DNA of 64,000 nucleotides from Candidatus Latescibacterota bacterium (GCA_965204375.1 OZ241986.1:2944001-3008000); one strand, 5' to 3'. Shown: positions 1-12,067, counted from the first letter of the stretch. Notes: generated by a model not told the origin, from the letters alone. A program made the numbers and translations.

Positions 1-129
1 CCATCCCTTTGTTTGAATGTACTTTCTCAAGTCAAGCATTAAATCAGCCCGAACTTTTAAGCTCGCTGCTTCTTCCCGATCAAAACCGATATCTTCAAAT
101 ACATTATCAATACCTTGAGTCACTTCCAT
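1..129 (-). CDS. XRE/HTH_37-type transcriptional regulator or antitoxin, 5' part (runs off window)
   Basis: Not in ORF track. AAGGAGG RBS then MEVTQGIDNVFEDIGFDREEAASLKVRADLMLDLRKYIQTKGW..., matching the NVFxDLG...LKxRADLM N-terminus of HigA-like XRE proteins. Confidence 0.75.
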   Translation of the reverse strand, partial: MEVTQGIDNVFEDIGFDREEAASLKVRADLMLDLRKYIQTKGW

Positions 130-225
130 AACTCAGCCTCCTTAGATTTATTCAACATATAATTAAACATACCTAATTTGGCATAAAAAACAAGAACGAC
201 ATGAATCGTACCCGCTTCTTTAGCT

Positions 226-492
226 TTATGACGCTTCTTTACCGAAGTCGTTGGCAAAAATGAGAAAATCACCAAACCCAATCGCGCCATCGCCATCCAG
301 ATCAAACCGCGCATCATACCCCGCATCGCCTCGACTTAATCCGAACTGTGCCACTAAAAGCAAAAAGTCGGCAAAGTCAATAACACCATCGCGATCAAAG
401 TCGGGATTAGCGGTCAGGGGAGTGGGCAGAACGATGGCGTCGCTGGCGGTGCTGGCAAGAATAAAGGTCTTGGGAGATTGTGAGTAGGCCAC
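226..492 (-). pseudogene. Stand-alone dockerin-like double EF-hand fragment
   Basis: PDFDRDGVIDFADFLLLVAQFG...YDARFDLDGDGAIGFGDFLIFANDFGK; no convincing start or signal peptide; upstream frame has stops. Confidence 0.55.
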
Positions 493-667
493 GAAGTGGA
501 GTTACCCCGCTTCGGTGGAGTATTTAGGGCTTGTGTTCCAAGCCTGTGATTGATGCAGCTTTTCATAAGCTATGGGTGCATGGTAGGCGATGGAAGAATA
601 CCTTTTTTGATGTCATAACTTTCGCCTCTATTCAGCTTTTACCATCACTAATGCGTGTTTCGCAACC

Positions 668-1693
668 CTAAACCAGACCCGCCAGGTCCTTCACGAACAC
701 TTCCGTATCTTCCCACCCCAGGCATGGGTCGGTAATCGACTTCCCAAATATCCCCTCTTCGGGTTTTTGCGCGCCCTCCTCCAGATAACTCTCCACCATC
801 AACCCGCGCACCACATTGTGAAGCAGCGCGGAATGGCGCCGGCTGCGCATCACCTCCAGACCAATACGCGGCTGTTCGGAGAATATTTTATCTGAATTAT
901 TGTGATTGGTATCCACAATAATCGTCGGATTGCTCAACTTGCGCGCCAGGTATTGCTCGGCAACACGCATCAAATCTTCGTAGTGATAATTGGGAATACT
1001 CCGCCCATTATACGACATCCCGCGCAACACCGCATGCGTCAACGAATTACCCGACGTACTGACTTCCCATCCATTGTGAAAAAACACATGTGGCATTTGC
1101 GCTGCATAAATGGCATTGAACATCACATCCAGATCGCCACCCGTCGGGTTTTTCATGCCCGCGGGCACATCGACACCGCTAATAGTCAGGCGATGATTCT
1201 GATTTTCAACAGACCGCGCCCCCACGGCAATATAACTCAGCAAATCCTCCACATAAGGCAAATTCGAAGGATAGAGCATCTCATCGGCAGCCGTCAAATG
1301 CGACTCGCGAAAAGCGCGAATCTGCATCTGCCGAATGGTCTTAATCCCAACAACCATATCGGGCATACCCTCGGGATCGGGCTGATGTGCCATACCCTTA
1401 TACCCCTCGCCAGTCGTGCGCGGCTTATTGGTATAAATTCGCGGCACGAGCACCAACTTGTCCATCACCTGCTCTTGAAGCTGCGCCAGGCGATTTACAT
1501 ATTCACACACCGCATCGACATTGTGAGCCGAACACGGACCAATAACCAACAAAAACTTATCGCTCCTACGCTCAAAAATAGCCCGAATCTCGGCATCGCG
1601 CTCTTCCTTCTTAGCCTTCAAATCATCGGGCAGTGGCAAAACATCCTGGATTTCTTCTGCACTGGGAATCGGCTGAATCCGTTTGAAACTCAT
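668..1693 (-). CDS. aroG: 3-deoxy-7-phosphoheptulonate (DAHP) synthase, class I-alpha
   Basis: GPCS, KPRT, GARS, MKN and SITDPC motifs; start trimmed to MSFKR. Confidence 0.9.
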   Translation of the reverse strand: MSFKRIQPIPSAEEIQDVLPLPDDLKAKKEERDAEIRAIFERRSDKFLLVIGPCSAHNVDAVCEYVNRLAQLQEQVMDKLVLVPRIYTNKPRTTGEGYKGMAHQPDPEGMPDMVVGIKTIRQMQIRAFRESHLTAADEMLYPSNLPYVEDLLSYIAVGARSVENQNHRLTISGVDVPAGMKNPTGGDLDVMFNAIYAAQMPHVFFHNGWEVSTSGNSLTHAVLRGMSYNGRSIPNYHYEDLMRVAEQYLARKLSNPTIIVDTNHNNSDKIFSEQPRIGLEVMRSRRHSALLHNVVRGLMVESYLEEGAQKPEEGIFGKSITDPCLGWEDTEVFVKDLAGLV

Positions 1694-1706
1694 AACAATA
1701 CCTTTT

Positions 1707-1988
1707 TTAAGACTCTGAATCTGCGTGATCTTCTTCCAACCGCAGTGACTCATCGATAATCTGTCTAAAAATGCGTTGTGCTGCTTCGTGACTCAAAGGC
1801 CCGCCATTCAATTCGCGAATGCGGTTGAGAATCAGGGTTTCTCGTTCAGGGACATGAAAGGGCAAACCCTCGGCACGCTTAATTTTTCCCACAGACAGCG
1901 CATACTGAGCACGCTCATTGAGCAACTCGAGAATCTGATCATCTAAGGCATCGATTTTCTCGCGCCAGAAATCCAGATCCTTCTCCAT
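1707..1988 (-). CDS. Monofunctional chorismate mutase (AroQ type)
   Basis: REKIDALDDQILELLNER...VGKIK...PERE. Confidence 0.9.
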   Translation of the reverse strand: MEKDLDFWREKIDALDDQILELLNERAQYALSVGKIKRAEGLPFHVPERETLILNRIRELNGGPLSHEAAQRIFRQIIDESLRLEEDHADSES

Positions 1989-1991
1989 AAC

Positions 1992-2795
1992 CTACACACC
2001 CTCTCTCAAAGGGCCGATCAAAGACCCGACAAAAGCACCCACCTTTGAAACCAGGTCGGCATCGTGTTGGTACTCGCCCATGCGACGCACAATCGCGCTA
2101 CCAACCACAACCGCATCGGCATATCGCGCAATTTCGGACACATGCTCGGGCGTTGAAATACCAAACCCAACGGCAATGGGCATATCTGTGTGCTGGCATA
2201 TCGCAGACACCTTGCTTTGAATTTCATCTGCCAGAGAATCGCGCTCTCCCGTCACCCCGGTGCGCGACACATAATAGACAAAACCCCTCGTATGCGATGC
2301 AATCAGCTTCATCCGATCATCGCGCGTGGTAGGCGTCACGAGAAAAATCGTATTCAGCCCGTGCTCATTCATCCGCGCTATATAATCACCGCCCTCTTCC
2401 GGGGGCAGATCCAGCATCAGAACACCATCCACCCCCACATCTGCAGCGCGTTTTACAAAGCGCGCCACACCGTAGCGGTGAATCGGATTGTAATACGTAA
2501 ACAGCACAATGGGTATTTCTGTCTCAGTCCGCACATCTGCAACCATAGACAATACGCCCTCGAGCGTTGCACCAGCGGCCAAAGCGCGTTGAGACGCCTC
2601 CTGAATCACGGGACCATCGGCCAGAGGATCTGAAAAGGGTACACCCAATTCCAGGACATCCACACCTCGCCGATCCAATTCCAACACCATCTGGTGCGTG
2701 GTATTTAAGTCCGGATCACCCGCCGCAATATATGCGACGAACCCGGTCCTACCCGCTTTTCTCAAGTCATCAAACCGCCGTCCAATCCGCGTCAT
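1992..2795 (-). CDS. trpA: Tryptophan synthase alpha chain
   Basis: [36 protein letters not shown]. Confidence 0.97.
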   Translation of the reverse strand: MTRIGRRFDDLRKAGRTGFVAYIAAGDPDLNTTHQMVLELDRRGVDVLELGVPFSDPLADGPVIQEASQRALAAGATLEGVLSMVADVRTETEIPIVLFTYYNPIHRYGVARFVKRAADVGVDGVLMLDLPPEEGGDYIARMNEHGLNTIFLVTPTTRDDRMKLIASHTRGFVYYVSRTGVTGERDSLADEIQSKVSAICQHTDMPIAVGFGISTPEHVSEIARYADAVVVGSAIVRRMGEYQHDADLVSKVGAFVGSLIGPLREGV

Positions 2796-3997
2796 CTCGC
2801 TCCTTCTATAAACTGCGCCGCCTGTTGCACATCTTTGTCACCGCGTCCCGATAAATTGACAACCACAATCTGATCTCGACTCATCTCGGGTGCCAACTTG
2901 CAAACATGGGCAATAGCGTGTGAACTCTCCAAAGCGGGAATAATCCCTTCGGTATGACTGAGCAACTCAAAAGCACTGAGTGCCTCTTCATCCGTCGCAT
3001 ACGTATAAGCCGTGCGCGCCATATCTCGCAAATAACAATGCTCTGGCCCCACGCCCGAATAATCGAGACCAGCCGATACCGAATGCGTCAATGCGATTTG
3101 CCCATCATCATCTTGCAACACATAGATGCGCGCACCGTGCAAAACTCCCAAATCACCGCCATTAAAACGCGCAGCGTGCTCGCCAGATTCAATACCGTGC
3201 CCTCCGGCCTCCACACCGATCATCTGCACATCGGCATCATCCAAAAAAGCGTGAAACAACCCGATAGAATTGCTTCCCCCACCCACACAGGCGACGAGTA
3301 CATCGGGCAATCGGCCTTCTCTTTTCAAAATTTGGGCACGGGCTTCAACGCCAATAACCCGCTGAAAATCCCGCACAATCATCGGATACGGATGCGGTCC
3401 CAAAACCGAACCAAAAATGTAAAACGTATCCTCCACATTGGTCACCCAGTCGCGGATGGCCTCATTAATCGCATCCTTCAGGGTTTTGCTACCCGAATGG
3501 ACACCCGTAACTTTCGCTCCCAGGAGCCGCATGCGAAACACATTGAGCGCTTGTCGTTCCATATCTTCAACACCCATGTAAATTTCGCATTTGAGACCAA
3601 ACATCGCCGCCACAGTTGCCGTTGCCACGCCGTGTTGTCCGGCACCAGTCTCGGCAATAATCCGCGTCTTGCCCATCCGGTTGGCGAGCAAAATCTGCCC
3701 CATGGCGTGATTGATTTTATGCGCTCCCGTATGGGCGAGATCTTCGCGCTTGAGATAAATTTTAGGACCGCCGAGTTCTTCTGTCAACCGCTCGGCAAAA
3801 TAAAGCGGCGTGGGCCGCCCGACGTAATCGCGCAAATATCGATCCAGTTCAGCCCAGAACTCGGGGTCGCGCTTTGCCTCTCGATAAGCCGCCTCAAGGT
3901 CTTCCAACAGCGCCATAAGCGTCTCGGGCACATACTGCCCACCATAAGGCCCAAAATGTCCGCGCGCATCGGGCAAATCAATTGCGTTCACAGCCAT
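2792..3997 (-). CDS. trpB: Tryptophan synthase beta chain
   Basis: [39 protein letters not shown]; start trimmed to MAVNA. Confidence 0.97.
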   Translation of the reverse strand: MAVNAIDLPDARGHFGPYGGQYVPETLMALLEDLEAAYREAKRDPEFWAELDRYLRDYVGRPTPLYFAERLTEELGGPKIYLKREDLAHTGAHKINHAMGQILLANRMGKTRIIAETGAGQHGVATATVAAMFGLKCEIYMGVEDMERQALNVFRMRLLGAKVTGVHSGSKTLKDAINEAIRDWVTNVEDTFYIFGSVLGPHPYPMIVRDFQRVIGVEARAQILKREGRLPDVLVACVGGGSNSIGLFHAFLDDADVQMIGVEAGGHGIESGEHAARFNGGDLGVLHGARIYVLQDDDGQIALTHSVSAGLDYSGVGPEHCYLRDMARTAYTYATDEEALSAFELLSHTEGIIPALESSHAIAHVCKLAPEMSRDQIVVVNLSGRGDKDVQQAAQFIEGAR

Positions 3998-4010
3998 ATT
4001 GTATATCCTC

Positions 4011-4988
4011 TTAAATATCCCCAACGACCTGATCGTAAAATGCCAGATACTGATCGCAGTCATCACCATCGAGCAATGCCATTGCCTCGCGGGGATGCTG
4101 GTTGTGCTGGCCCGTGATGTTATAGGGCACCAGAGGTCCCCACGTCATTTCGCGGCGCAACTTGACAAAATACTCTTCCAGCAACTTATAGACGGGACGG
4201 ATCTTAAACTTGGGATTCCGCAAAAAACCGAGCAACAATTCCATGGGACAATTGCCCGCACCGCGCCCCAATCCATCCACAGTGGCATCGACCCGATTAG
4301 CTCCTAAAATAATGGCCTCAATAGTATTGGCAAATGCCAGTTGCTGATTATTGTGCGCGTGAATACCCACCTCTTTGCCCGAACCCTTGGTCGCCTCCAT
4401 GTATTTTCGCACAAGCATATCGACCTGCTCGCGATACAGCGCACCGAAACTATCCACAACGCAAATCGTGCCCACAGGGGTTTGCATCAACACTTCTAAC
4501 GCCTGATCAATCTCGACATCTTGCACAGTCGAAATCGCCATAATATTACAACTCGTTTCATACCCCTTCTCGTGGGCATCGAGCAACATTTCGACAGTCT
4601 CGGGAATCTGATCGACATAACACGCCACGCGTACCATATCGACCACGCTCTCGCTGGCCAGCAGAATATCTTCGGCCCAATCGCTCTTGCCCGCATCGGC
4701 CATAATTGCGAGTTTCATCCCCGTCGCTTCGGGATCGTGATCCCCAGTAATTTTGCGAATATCCTCTTCATCGCTGTGGCGGAACGCACCAAAATCTCTT
4801 TTGGGGAACATCTCCTTGGAGTTTCGGTACCCAATTTCCATATAGTCAACACCTGCCGCGACACATGTTTCATACACGGCCTTCACAAAATCATCATCAA
4901 AATGATGGTCATTCATCAAACCGCCATCGCGGATCGTACAATCGAGTACCTTGAGTTCCGGACGGTAGGTAATCCAGGGTGCTTTCAT
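4011..4988 (-). CDS. DRE-TIM (HMGL-like) aldolase-domain protein, 4-hydroxy-2-oxovalerate aldolase-like
   Basis: [24 protein letters not shown]. Confidence 0.8.
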   Translation of the reverse strand: MKAPWITYRPELKVLDCTIRDGGLMNDHHFDDDFVKAVYETCVAAGVDYMEIGYRNSKEMFPKRDFGAFRHSDEEDIRKITGDHDPEATGMKLAIMADAGKSDWAEDILLASESVVDMVRVACYVDQIPETVEMLLDAHEKGYETSCNIMAISTVQDVEIDQALEVLMQTPVGTICVVDSFGALYREQVDMLVRKYMEATKGSGKEVGIHAHNNQQLAFANTIEAIILGANRVDATVDGLGRGAGNCPMELLLGFLRNPKFKIRPVYKLLEEYFVKLRREMTWGPLVPYNITGQHNQHPREAMALLDGDDCDQYLAFYDQVVGDI

Positions 4989-5049
4989 AAAAAAATCCTT
5001 CCTTTGGGGTTAAAGTTAGTGAAAAATTTAATAACATTTATTTCATAGA

Positions 5050-5120
5050 CTGGATTGCGGCTCAAAACCATGCCGCAATGACATCCATCGCTCGTCACTC
5101 CTGCAAAAGCAGGAGTCCAG
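5050..5120. repeat. REP-like inverted doublet of palindromes
   Basis: CTGGATTGCGGC..GCCGCAATGAC (5050-5082) followed by the inverted GTCACTCCTGC..GCAGGAGTCCAG (5094-5120); the first unit recurs at 57361-57392. Confidence 0.7.
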
Positions 5121-5132
5121 CTATCTTCTTTA

Positions 5133-6395
5133 TCACACCGACCACCTCACCAAAAAGTAACTGCGTTTGCCTCGGCGCATCACCAGATATTTTCCAGCCA
5201 GTCTTTCAGAAGGCTCTAAAATATGACCCATATCTGTGCAACGTTGCCCATTGATATAAATGGCACCTGTCCTGATATCTTCGCGAGCCTGTCGCCTGGA
5301 CGAAGAAATTTGCGCATCCACGAGCAAATCGATCAAACCCACTTCATCAGCACCATTGAGCGCGTAAGACGGCACATCGCTAAACCCCTCTGCAATCTCC
5401 TGCTCGTTCAAATCCTGCAAATTGCCGTAAAACAGCGCCTCGGAAATATGCACGGCGCGATCCTTTGCGGCTGCACCGTGGATAAAAGTTGTCACCTCTT
5501 CAGCCAGCACGCGCTGCGCCTCGCGCTTCTCGGGTTGCGCCTCCACCTCTCGTTCCAATTCCTCTATGCGTTCGCGACTCAAAAAAGTGAACAACTTTAA
5601 GAATTTCACCACATCGCGATCTGCCGCATTCACCCAAAACTGATAAAACTGATAGGGCGATGTCTTCTCGGGATCGAGCCATAACGTTCCCGTCTCGGTC
5701 TTGCCAAACTTTGTCCCATCCGACTTTTCCAGCAACGGAAAAGTCAACCCATACACAGTCTTACTGAGTACGCGCCGACACAATTCTATACCCGCCGTAA
5801 TATTGCCCCACTGATCGCTACCCCCGATCTGAAGCTCACAGCCATACTTTCTGTTCAACTCCATAAAGTCATACGCCTGCAAGACCATATAACTAAATTC
5901 GGTAAAAGAAATCCCGGTTGAAAGACGCGACGACACCGACTCTTTCCCCAGCATATACCCCATTGAAAAGTGTTTGCCCACATCGCGCAAAAATTCAATC
6001 GTACGCAACTCTGAAAGCCAGGTATAATTGCTCACCATCAGCGCCGGGTTATCCCTGGTCTCAAAATCCAGATACTTTTCCAACTGCGCGCGCTGGCACT
6101 CTGTATATGCCTGCACCACCTCCAGTGAATTCAACTGTCGCTCTTCTTCTTTCCCACTCGGATCGCCGATCAATCCCGTGCCCCCGCCCACGAGTGCAAT
6201 GGGCTTGTGCCCCGCATCTTGAAAGCGACGCAATCCCATAATGGGAACCAGACTGCCCGCATGCAGACTATCGGCAGTGGGGTCAAATCCGCAATACAAT
6301 GTCACCTGCCCCTCTGCCAAACGCCTGCGGAGCTTATCTTCATCTGTCATCTGAAAAATATAGCCACGAAATGCCAAATCGTCTAACACATCCAC
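5133..6395 (-). CDS. tyrS: Tyrosine--tRNA ligase
   Basis: YCGFDPTADSLHAG, QIGGSDQWGNI, KFGKT, C-terminal S4-like domain. Confidence 0.97.
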   Translation of the reverse strand: MDVLDDLAFRGYIFQMTDEDKLRRRLAEGQVTLYCGFDPTADSLHAGSLVPIMGLRRFQDAGHKPIALVGGGTGLIGDPSGKEEERQLNSLEVVQAYTECQRAQLEKYLDFETRDNPALMVSNYTWLSELRTIEFLRDVGKHFSMGYMLGKESVSSRLSTGISFTEFSYMVLQAYDFMELNRKYGCELQIGGSDQWGNITAGIELCRRVLSKTVYGLTFPLLEKSDGTKFGKTETGTLWLDPEKTSPYQFYQFWVNAADRDVVKFLKLFTFLSRERIEELEREVEAQPEKREAQRVLAEEVTTFIHGAAAKDRAVHISEALFYGNLQDLNEQEIAEGFSDVPSYALNGADEVGLIDLLVDAQISSSRRQAREDIRTGAIYINGQRCTDMGHILEPSERLAGKYLVMRRGKRSYFLVRWSV

Positions 6396-6416
6396 GTTTT
6401 TATCTCCATATTCATA

Positions 6417-7025
6417 TCACGCCTTTACGCGCACCAAAAAATCCTTCACCTTTTTGTGATCCTTCTTCCCCGGCTCAGCTTCTACGCCACTACTCGTATC
6501 CACCGCATAGGGACCAACTCGCTCAATCGCCTCCCGAACATTATCCGGATTTAACCCACCGGAAAGAATAATGCGCCCATACTCTTTTGCCGCCACCGCC
6601 TTTGACCAATCAAATATCTCCCCCGTACCGCCGTAAGAACCCTCTTTCTCTGTATCCAATAAAAATGTATTGACCAGATACGATCCCATGGTCTGCACAT
6701 CAAAATCTCGTCCCACGCGAAGCGCGCGAATCACCGGAACCGCATGCCCCAGACATGCTTCTGGCGATTCATCCCCGTGCAACTGAATCGCCCGCAGCCC
6801 CGCCAACTTCACGGCAACATCAATCTCCCGCTCCGATGCATTCACGAATATCCCTACGGGCGTCACAAACGGCGGCAAATCAAAAATAATTTCTCCGGCT
6901 TTCTCGGGCGCAATATAGCGAAGACTCTTCTCGTAAAAAATAAACCCCAGAGCATCTGCGCCGTGATCAACGGCACACAGCGCATCATCCCGATTTGTAA
7001 CACCGCAAATTTTAGCTCGCACCAT
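6417..7025 (-). CDS. trpF: Phosphoribosylanthranilate isomerase
   Basis: KICG, QLHGDES, GGTG, SGGLNPDNV, VDTSSGVE. Confidence 0.96.
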   Translation of the reverse strand: MVRAKICGVTNRDDALCAVDHGADALGFIFYEKSLRYIAPEKAGEIIFDLPPFVTPVGIFVNASEREIDVAVKLAGLRAIQLHGDESPEACLGHAVPVIRALRVGRDFDVQTMGSYLVNTFLLDTEKEGSYGGTGEIFDWSKAVAAKEYGRIILSGGLNPDNVREAIERVGPYAVDTSSGVEAEPGKKDHKKVKDFLVRVKA

Positions 7026-7806
7026 ATCCCATCAACTCCTTTAACTTGGCGGCAATATCCGATTCTCGCATCAAACTCTCGCCCACCAGCACCGCATCTG
7101 CGCCCGCATCTCGAAGCGCGACAACATCCTCGCGCGTATAAATACCACTTTCACTCACCGTCAACACATCATCGGGGATCTGATCGATCAACCCATAAGT
7201 CGTATCCAGAGACGTATCAAAAGTTTTCAAATTTCGATTATTAATCCCAACAATCTCCGCACCCGCATCGAGCGCGACCATCAGTTCCTCTCTCTCATGT
7301 ACCTCCACCACCGCATCCAGCCCCAATGCCCGACTCGTCGCTATAAATGGGGACAATTTTTCAGGCGTTAAAATCGACACAATCAACAACACAGCCGAAG
7401 CTCCAATCGCCCGCGCCTCGTAAATCTGATAGGGATCAATCGTGAAATCCTTGCGCAAAATGGGCCGATCGACAACTGTTGAAATCCGAGTCAAATAATC
7501 TGCCGACCCCTGAAAAAATTTCTCATCCGTCAATACCGAAAGTGCCGAAGCCCCATTTTCCACATAAATTTTCGCAATATCCACCGCGTCAAAATCCCTG
7601 CGGATCACGCCCTTAGACGGCGAAGCCTTTTTGACTTCGGCGATCACAGCGATATCGTCTCCATCTATTAGCCCATCAAAAAACGAAGGCGGCTCTGGCG
7701 CATCTTCCGCCAACTGCGCCATCTCCTCAAACGGCGTCTGCGCCATACACCTGGCGAGAAACCTGCGTTTATACGCCACAATTTTGTCGAGAATATTGCC
7801 AGCCAT
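7012..7806 (-). CDS. trpC: Indole-3-glycerol phosphate synthase
   Basis: IAEVKKASPSKG, LRKDF, GINNRNL, SESGI. Confidence 0.97.
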   Translation of the reverse strand: MAGNILDKIVAYKRRFLARCMAQTPFEEMAQLAEDAPEPPSFFDGLIDGDDIAVIAEVKKASPSKGVIRRDFDAVDIAKIYVENGASALSVLTDEKFFQGSADYLTRISTVVDRPILRKDFTIDPYQIYEARAIGASAVLLIVSILTPEKLSPFIATSRALGLDAVVEVHEREELMVALDAGAEIVGINNRNLKTFDTSLDTTYGLIDQIPDDVLTVSESGIYTREDVVALRDAGADAVLVGESLMRESDIAAKLKELMGYGAS

Positions 7807-7831
7807 AAAATCCCATCATCCTCAGACAGTG

Positions 7832-8896
7832 CTAAAGCCACGACCGCGGGTCGGGAACGGACACCCATCCATTTTCGCGTACTGACTGCAATCCCGCAAT
7901 ACCGGGCAGTGTCATATCCAGCGCCTGCATCAAATCTATCGGCGATCGCAATCCATTCACAATCGCCTGCACAAAATCCAAAACAATGAGCATACTCGTT
8001 TTGCCGTGCCCTGCACCGAGTGCGTCCGAAAACTGGGACAACTCGGGATGGTGGCATTCTTCTCGCGTCACCTGCTCCTTATTTCCCACCGAATAATAAC
8101 ACACCGTTCGTGCTTCGCGAAATCGCCCCGTCTCAAAAGAACCCTCATCGCCATAAAAACTCAAAAAATGGCTCATCCCATGCACATTCTGAAACGAATT
8201 TGTCAATCTGAACACCGCGCCTTCTTCGGTTCGAAACAAAGCCGTCTGCACCCAATCTGCTTCATATCCCTCTAAAAATTCATCTCTCCCTGAAGCCGAA
8301 ACAGCCATGACCTCAGCCAAACGATCACCCGTCATATTCAAATACGGTGACGTCCCATGTGTCGGATAAAGAAGGGGTTGTAAACTATTCCGCCAGGTAG
8401 ATCGTCCATCGGGATGTCGTCTCAACGCTTTTAGACCGTGAATATACTCGGCCTCGGCATAGTAAATACGCCCCAGTTTCTGCGACTCATAAAGCGACCT
8501 CGCACGCACCACACTGGGTTCATAGACCCAATTCTCAGCCATCATATAAATGCGGTCACTTTTTGAAACGACCTCGACCAATGCCTTTGCCTCATCCATA
8601 GTCAGCGCAGCGGGGACAGCACACAAAACGTGCTTACCAGCCCGAATTGATCGAATCACATGTTCTGCATGAAGCGGCGCAGGAGTAAAAATAGCCACCG
8701 CATCAATCCGTTCATCAGCGACCAGATCATCAAAAGCCGCATAACAAGCATCGACACCCAACTGCTCTTTTGCCTCGTCCCGTCTCTCCTGCTGGATGTC
8801 ACAAACAGCCACCAAATCAGTCTCGGCATACGCATCAAACACCTGCGCCCAGGACATACCAAATCGCAAACCCGCAACACCTACCGAGAGAGCCAT
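7832..8896 (-). CDS. Gfo/Idh/MocA family oxidoreductase
   Basis: N-terminal Rossmann fold (VAGLRFG), GKHVLCAVP, YAEAEYIH, YPTH. Confidence 0.85.
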   Translation of the reverse strand: MALSVGVAGLRFGMSWAQVFDAYAETDLVAVCDIQQERRDEAKEQLGVDACYAAFDDLVADERIDAVAIFTPAPLHAEHVIRSIRAGKHVLCAVPAALTMDEAKALVEVVSKSDRIYMMAENWVYEPSVVRARSLYESQKLGRIYYAEAEYIHGLKALRRHPDGRSTWRNSLQPLLYPTHGTSPYLNMTGDRLAEVMAVSASGRDEFLEGYEADWVQTALFRTEEGAVFRLTNSFQNVHGMSHFLSFYGDEGSFETGRFREARTVCYYSVGNKEQVTREECHHPELSQFSDALGAGHGKTSMLIVLDFVQAIVNGLRSPIDLMQALDMTLPGIAGLQSVRENGWVSVPDPRSWL

Positions 8897-8919
8897 TTTA
8901 CGTTACTCCATCCCCAAAA

Positions 8920-9933
8920 TCATTCTCGACTCGCCGCCACCAAACCCTCCAACTTCTCCAACGCCTTCCCCGAATCAATCACTTCAGCGGCGGCTTGCAC
9001 GCCTTCATTGAGATCACGCGCCTTATCGCCCGCCACAATCGCCGCCGCCGCATTCAACAACACAATATCTCGCCGAGGGCCTTCCTCCCCATTCAGAATC
9101 GACCGCGTAATCTCTGCATTATAATCGGCATCCCCGCCTTTTAGCGCGTCGGCTGGGGCCTGCGCCAGCCCAAAGTCCCCAGGTGATACGTCATACGTCG
9201 AAACCGATCCATTTTTCAATTCACTCACCCTCGTCGGCCCCGTCAAGGTCATCTCATCCAAACCATCCGAACCGTGAACGACAAACGCGCGCTCCGTTCC
9301 CAGAGTCCCCAAAACACCTGCAAGTGTCTCGGTCAATGCCGCGCTGTACACGCCGACCACCTGCCGCGTTGCACCCGCCGGATTGCTCAGCGGCCCCAGC
9401 GCATTGAAAATTGTCCGCGCACCAATTTCCCGACGCGGTCCAATCGCGTATTTCATCGCCCCGTGCAATGAAATGGCAAACAAAAACCCGATACCCACAT
9501 CGTCCAGACACCTGCTCACCGTCTCGGGCGATGCCTCAATATTCACACCCAATGCACTCAGTACGTCCGCGCTACCGCTTTGACTCGTCGCCGCGCGATT
9601 GCCGTGTTTGGCCACACACAAACCCGCCCCAGCCGCGACAAATGCCGCAGTTGTCGAAATATTAAACGTGCCCGAATGATCGCCCCCCGTGCCACAGGTA
9701 TCGACAATCACATCGTGCTTTGTCGCAATAGGCGTCGCCTTCTCGCGCATTACAGACGCGGCCCCGGCAATCTCATCAACACACTCGCCCTTCACGCGCA
9801 ACGCAATCAAAAACGCGCCGATCTGCGCATCCGTCGCCTCGCCCGACATAATCTGATTCATCGCATCCGTCATCTCACCCCGGCTCAAATCTGCACCTTC
9901 AATTACTTTTGCAACCGCCTCTTGTATGTTCAT
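8920..9933 (-). CDS. trpD: Anthranilate phosphoribosyltransferase
   Basis: DTCGTGGD, FNIST, KHGNR, DGLDE; start trimmed to MNIQE (GAGGAG RBS). Confidence 0.97.
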   Translation of the reverse strand: MNIQEAVAKVIEGADLSRGEMTDAMNQIMSGEATDAQIGAFLIALRVKGECVDEIAGAASVMREKATPIATKHDVIVDTCGTGGDHSGTFNISTTAAFVAAGAGLCVAKHGNRAATSQSGSADVLSALGVNIEASPETVSRCLDDVGIGFLFAISLHGAMKYAIGPRREIGARTIFNALGPLSNPAGATRQVVGVYSAALTETLAGVLGTLGTERAFVVHGSDGLDEMTLTGPTRVSELKNGSVSTYDVSPGDFGLAQAPADALKGGDADYNAEITRSILNGEEGPRRDIVLLNAAAAIVAGDKARDLNEGVQAAAEVIDSGKALEKLEGLVAASRE

Positions 9934-9955
9934 ACTCATCTCCTCAGCTAACAAA

Positions 9956-10519
9956 TCATGCATCGAGAAAATTTTGCAGCAAATTCTTGCCTTCACCCGT
10001 CAAAATCGATTCGGGGTGAAACTGCACGCCATCCACCGCCATATCTCGATGGCGCAAACCCATAATCACGCCATCATCGGTCTCTGCTGTAATTTCCAGA
10101 CAAACGGGCAAACTCTCTCGTTCCACCACCAGCGAATGATAGCGTGTGGCAATAAACGGCTCAGGTAACCCCTGAAAAACAGACTCCCCACTATGATGAA
10201 TCTCCGACACCTTCCCGTGCATAATTGTCGGCGCGCCCACAATTTTCCCGCCAAATGCCTGCCCGATGGACTGGTGCCCCAGACAAACCCCTAAAATAGG
10301 AATTTTTCCGGCAAAGTGCTGCACCAGAGCCACGGAAATCCCCGCTTCGTTTGGCGTGCACGGTCCTGGAGAAATTACAATCTTCTCAGGTGCTATATCA
10401 TCAATCTCTTCAAGTGAGATTTGATCATTGCGATATACCATCAGACCCGCACCCAGTTCGCCGAGATATTGAACGAGGTTATAAGTAAACGAATCGTAGT
10501 TATCAATGACGAGAATCAC
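9956..10519 (-). CDS. trpG: Anthranilate synthase component II (glutamine amidotransferase)
   Basis: [28 protein letters not shown]. Confidence 0.95.
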   Translation of the reverse strand: MILVIDNYDSFTYNLVQYLGELGAGLMVYRNDQISLEEIDDIAPEKIVISPGPCTPNEAGISVALVQHFAGKIPILGVCLGHQSIGQAFGGKIVGAPTIMHGKVSEIHHSGESVFQGLPEPFIATRYHSLVVERESLPVCLEITAETDDGVIMGLRHRDMAVDGVQFHPESILTGEGKNLLQNFLDA

Positions 10520-11988
10520 AACACTCCTCCTTCAGCCATTTCTACCGCCCGAAACAGTGCCCGCGCTTTGTTCACGGTCTCCTGATATTCGTATTCCGGC
10601 TCTGAATCAAACACCACACCACCTCCCGCCTGCACATACGCTTTGCCATCCTTAATCACCAGCGTGCGAATGGCAATACACGTATCCATATTGCCCGCAA
10701 AATCGATATAACCCACCGCACCGGCATAAGGTCCTCGGCGCGTTGGTTCCATCTCGTCGATAATCTCCATCGCCCGAATTTTCGGCGCACCCGACACCGT
10801 ACCAGCCGGATAACAGGCAAAAAGCGCGTCCAGCGCATCGACACCCTCGTGCAATTCGCCGCGCACATTCGAAACGATATGCATCACATGCGAATAGCGT
10901 TCAATCGTCATCTGCTCGGTCACGCGCACCGTATCAAACCTGGAGACGCGCCCCACATCATTGCGCCCCAGATCCACCAGCATAATATGCTCGGCGCGTT
11001 CTTTTTCATCTGCCAACAACTCCTGTGACAGCACCTGATCTTCTGCCTCTGTTTTGCCGCGCCACCGCGTCCCCGCAATAGGTCGCACCTGCACCACCCC
11101 GTCCTCTACCCTGACGAGCAACTCGGGCGACGCGCCCACGAGTTGATGGTCTGTCAAATCGACGTGAAACATATAAGGCGACGGATTCACCGTCCGCAAA
11201 GCCCGATAAATATCCAGCGCATCAACCGTCACATCCATTGCAAAACGCTGCGAAGGCACCACCTGAAAAATATCACCTGCCACGATGTATTCCCTGCAAC
11301 GCGCCACCACATCCATATACGCTTCTTTGCTCGTATTTGAAGTCACCTCGCACGAACTCGTTCCAGGCATTAGGGACGCATCCGCCGGCTCCGCCAGTGC
11401 CTCAATCAGCGCATCAATCCGTTTGACTGCATCTGCGTAATTCGCCTCCAAATCTCCCTCTGTATGCACATTGGCCATCACATGCACTTTGTGTGTCACA
11501 TTGTCAAACGCCAGCACCGAATCGTAAAATGAGAAAAATATATCGTCTATATCGAGATCGTCTTCAACCGTCTCGGGAATGCGCTCAATCAAACGCACGG
11601 CATCGTAACTCACATAGCCCACAGCACCGCCTGTAAATCGAGGAAACCCTTCCACATGTTGCGAATGGTATTTTTTTAACAACCCACGCAATACCTCAAC
11701 AGGCTCCCCCTCAAATATTCGCAACTCACCCGTCGTCGCATGTTCAATCGAAATTTTTGTTCCGCGCGAACGAAAAACCAAAAACGGATCCACGCCCAAA
11801 AACGAATACCGCCCAATCTGCTCGCCGCCCACCACGCTTTCAAACAAAAACGCATGAGAAGACTTTGCGCGAATTTTCAAATAAGCCGAAACGGGCGTCT
11901 CTGTATCCGCGAGAATTTCTCTTGAAATGGGAACGAGTCCACAGCCTTCGCTCAGCTTCTCGACAGTTTTAAGATCGGGTTGAATCAC
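10516..11988 (-). CDS. trpE: Anthranilate synthase component I
   Basis: [35 protein letters not shown]; GTG start at 11988 after AAGGA (the ORF-track start lies inside the terminator). Confidence 0.96.
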   Translation of the reverse strand: MIQPDLKTVEKLSEGCGLVPISREILADTETPVSAYLKIRAKSSHAFLFESVVGGEQIGRYSFLGVDPFLVFRSRGTKISIEHATTGELRIFEGEPVEVLRGLLKKYHSQHVEGFPRFTGGAVGYVSYDAVRLIERIPETVEDDLDIDDIFFSFYDSVLAFDNVTHKVHVMANVHTEGDLEANYADAVKRIDALIEALAEPADASLMPGTSSCEVTSNTSKEAYMDVVARCREYIVAGDIFQVVPSQRFAMDVTVDALDIYRALRTVNPSPYMFHVDLTDHQLVGASPELLVRVEDGVVQVRPIAGTRWRGKTEAEDQVLSQELLADEKERAEHIMLVDLGRNDVGRVSRFDTVRVTEQMTIERYSHVMHIVSNVRGELHEGVDALDALFACYPAGTVSGAPKIRAMEIIDEMEPTRRGPYAGAVGYIDFAGNMDTCIAIRTLVIKDGKAYVQAGGGVVFDSEPEYEYQETVNKARALFRAVEMAEGGVL

Positions 11989-12000
11989 CAAAAAATCCTT

Positions 12001-12041
12001 AAAAAAAATAAAAAAGGCCGTGAGCAGTTTGCCCACGACCT
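12001..12041 (-). terminator. Intrinsic terminator (attenuator) upstream of trpE
   Basis: AGGTCGTGGGCA-AAC-TGCTCACGGCCT stem (two G-U pairs) followed by a long T run on the minus strand. Confidence 0.85.
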
Positions 12042-12067
12042 CGTACTTTTATTCACTTACATCACAC

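Noticed and set aside
120-326. ORF as the toxin partner of the XRE gene
   Set aside because: It overlaps the dockerin fragment and shows no RelE/HigB motifs.
902-4117. Long antisense ORFs (902-1759, 2954-4117; likewise 22994-24049, 27717-28709, 42394-43071)
   Set aside because: Shadow frames of well-supported genes on the opposite strand.
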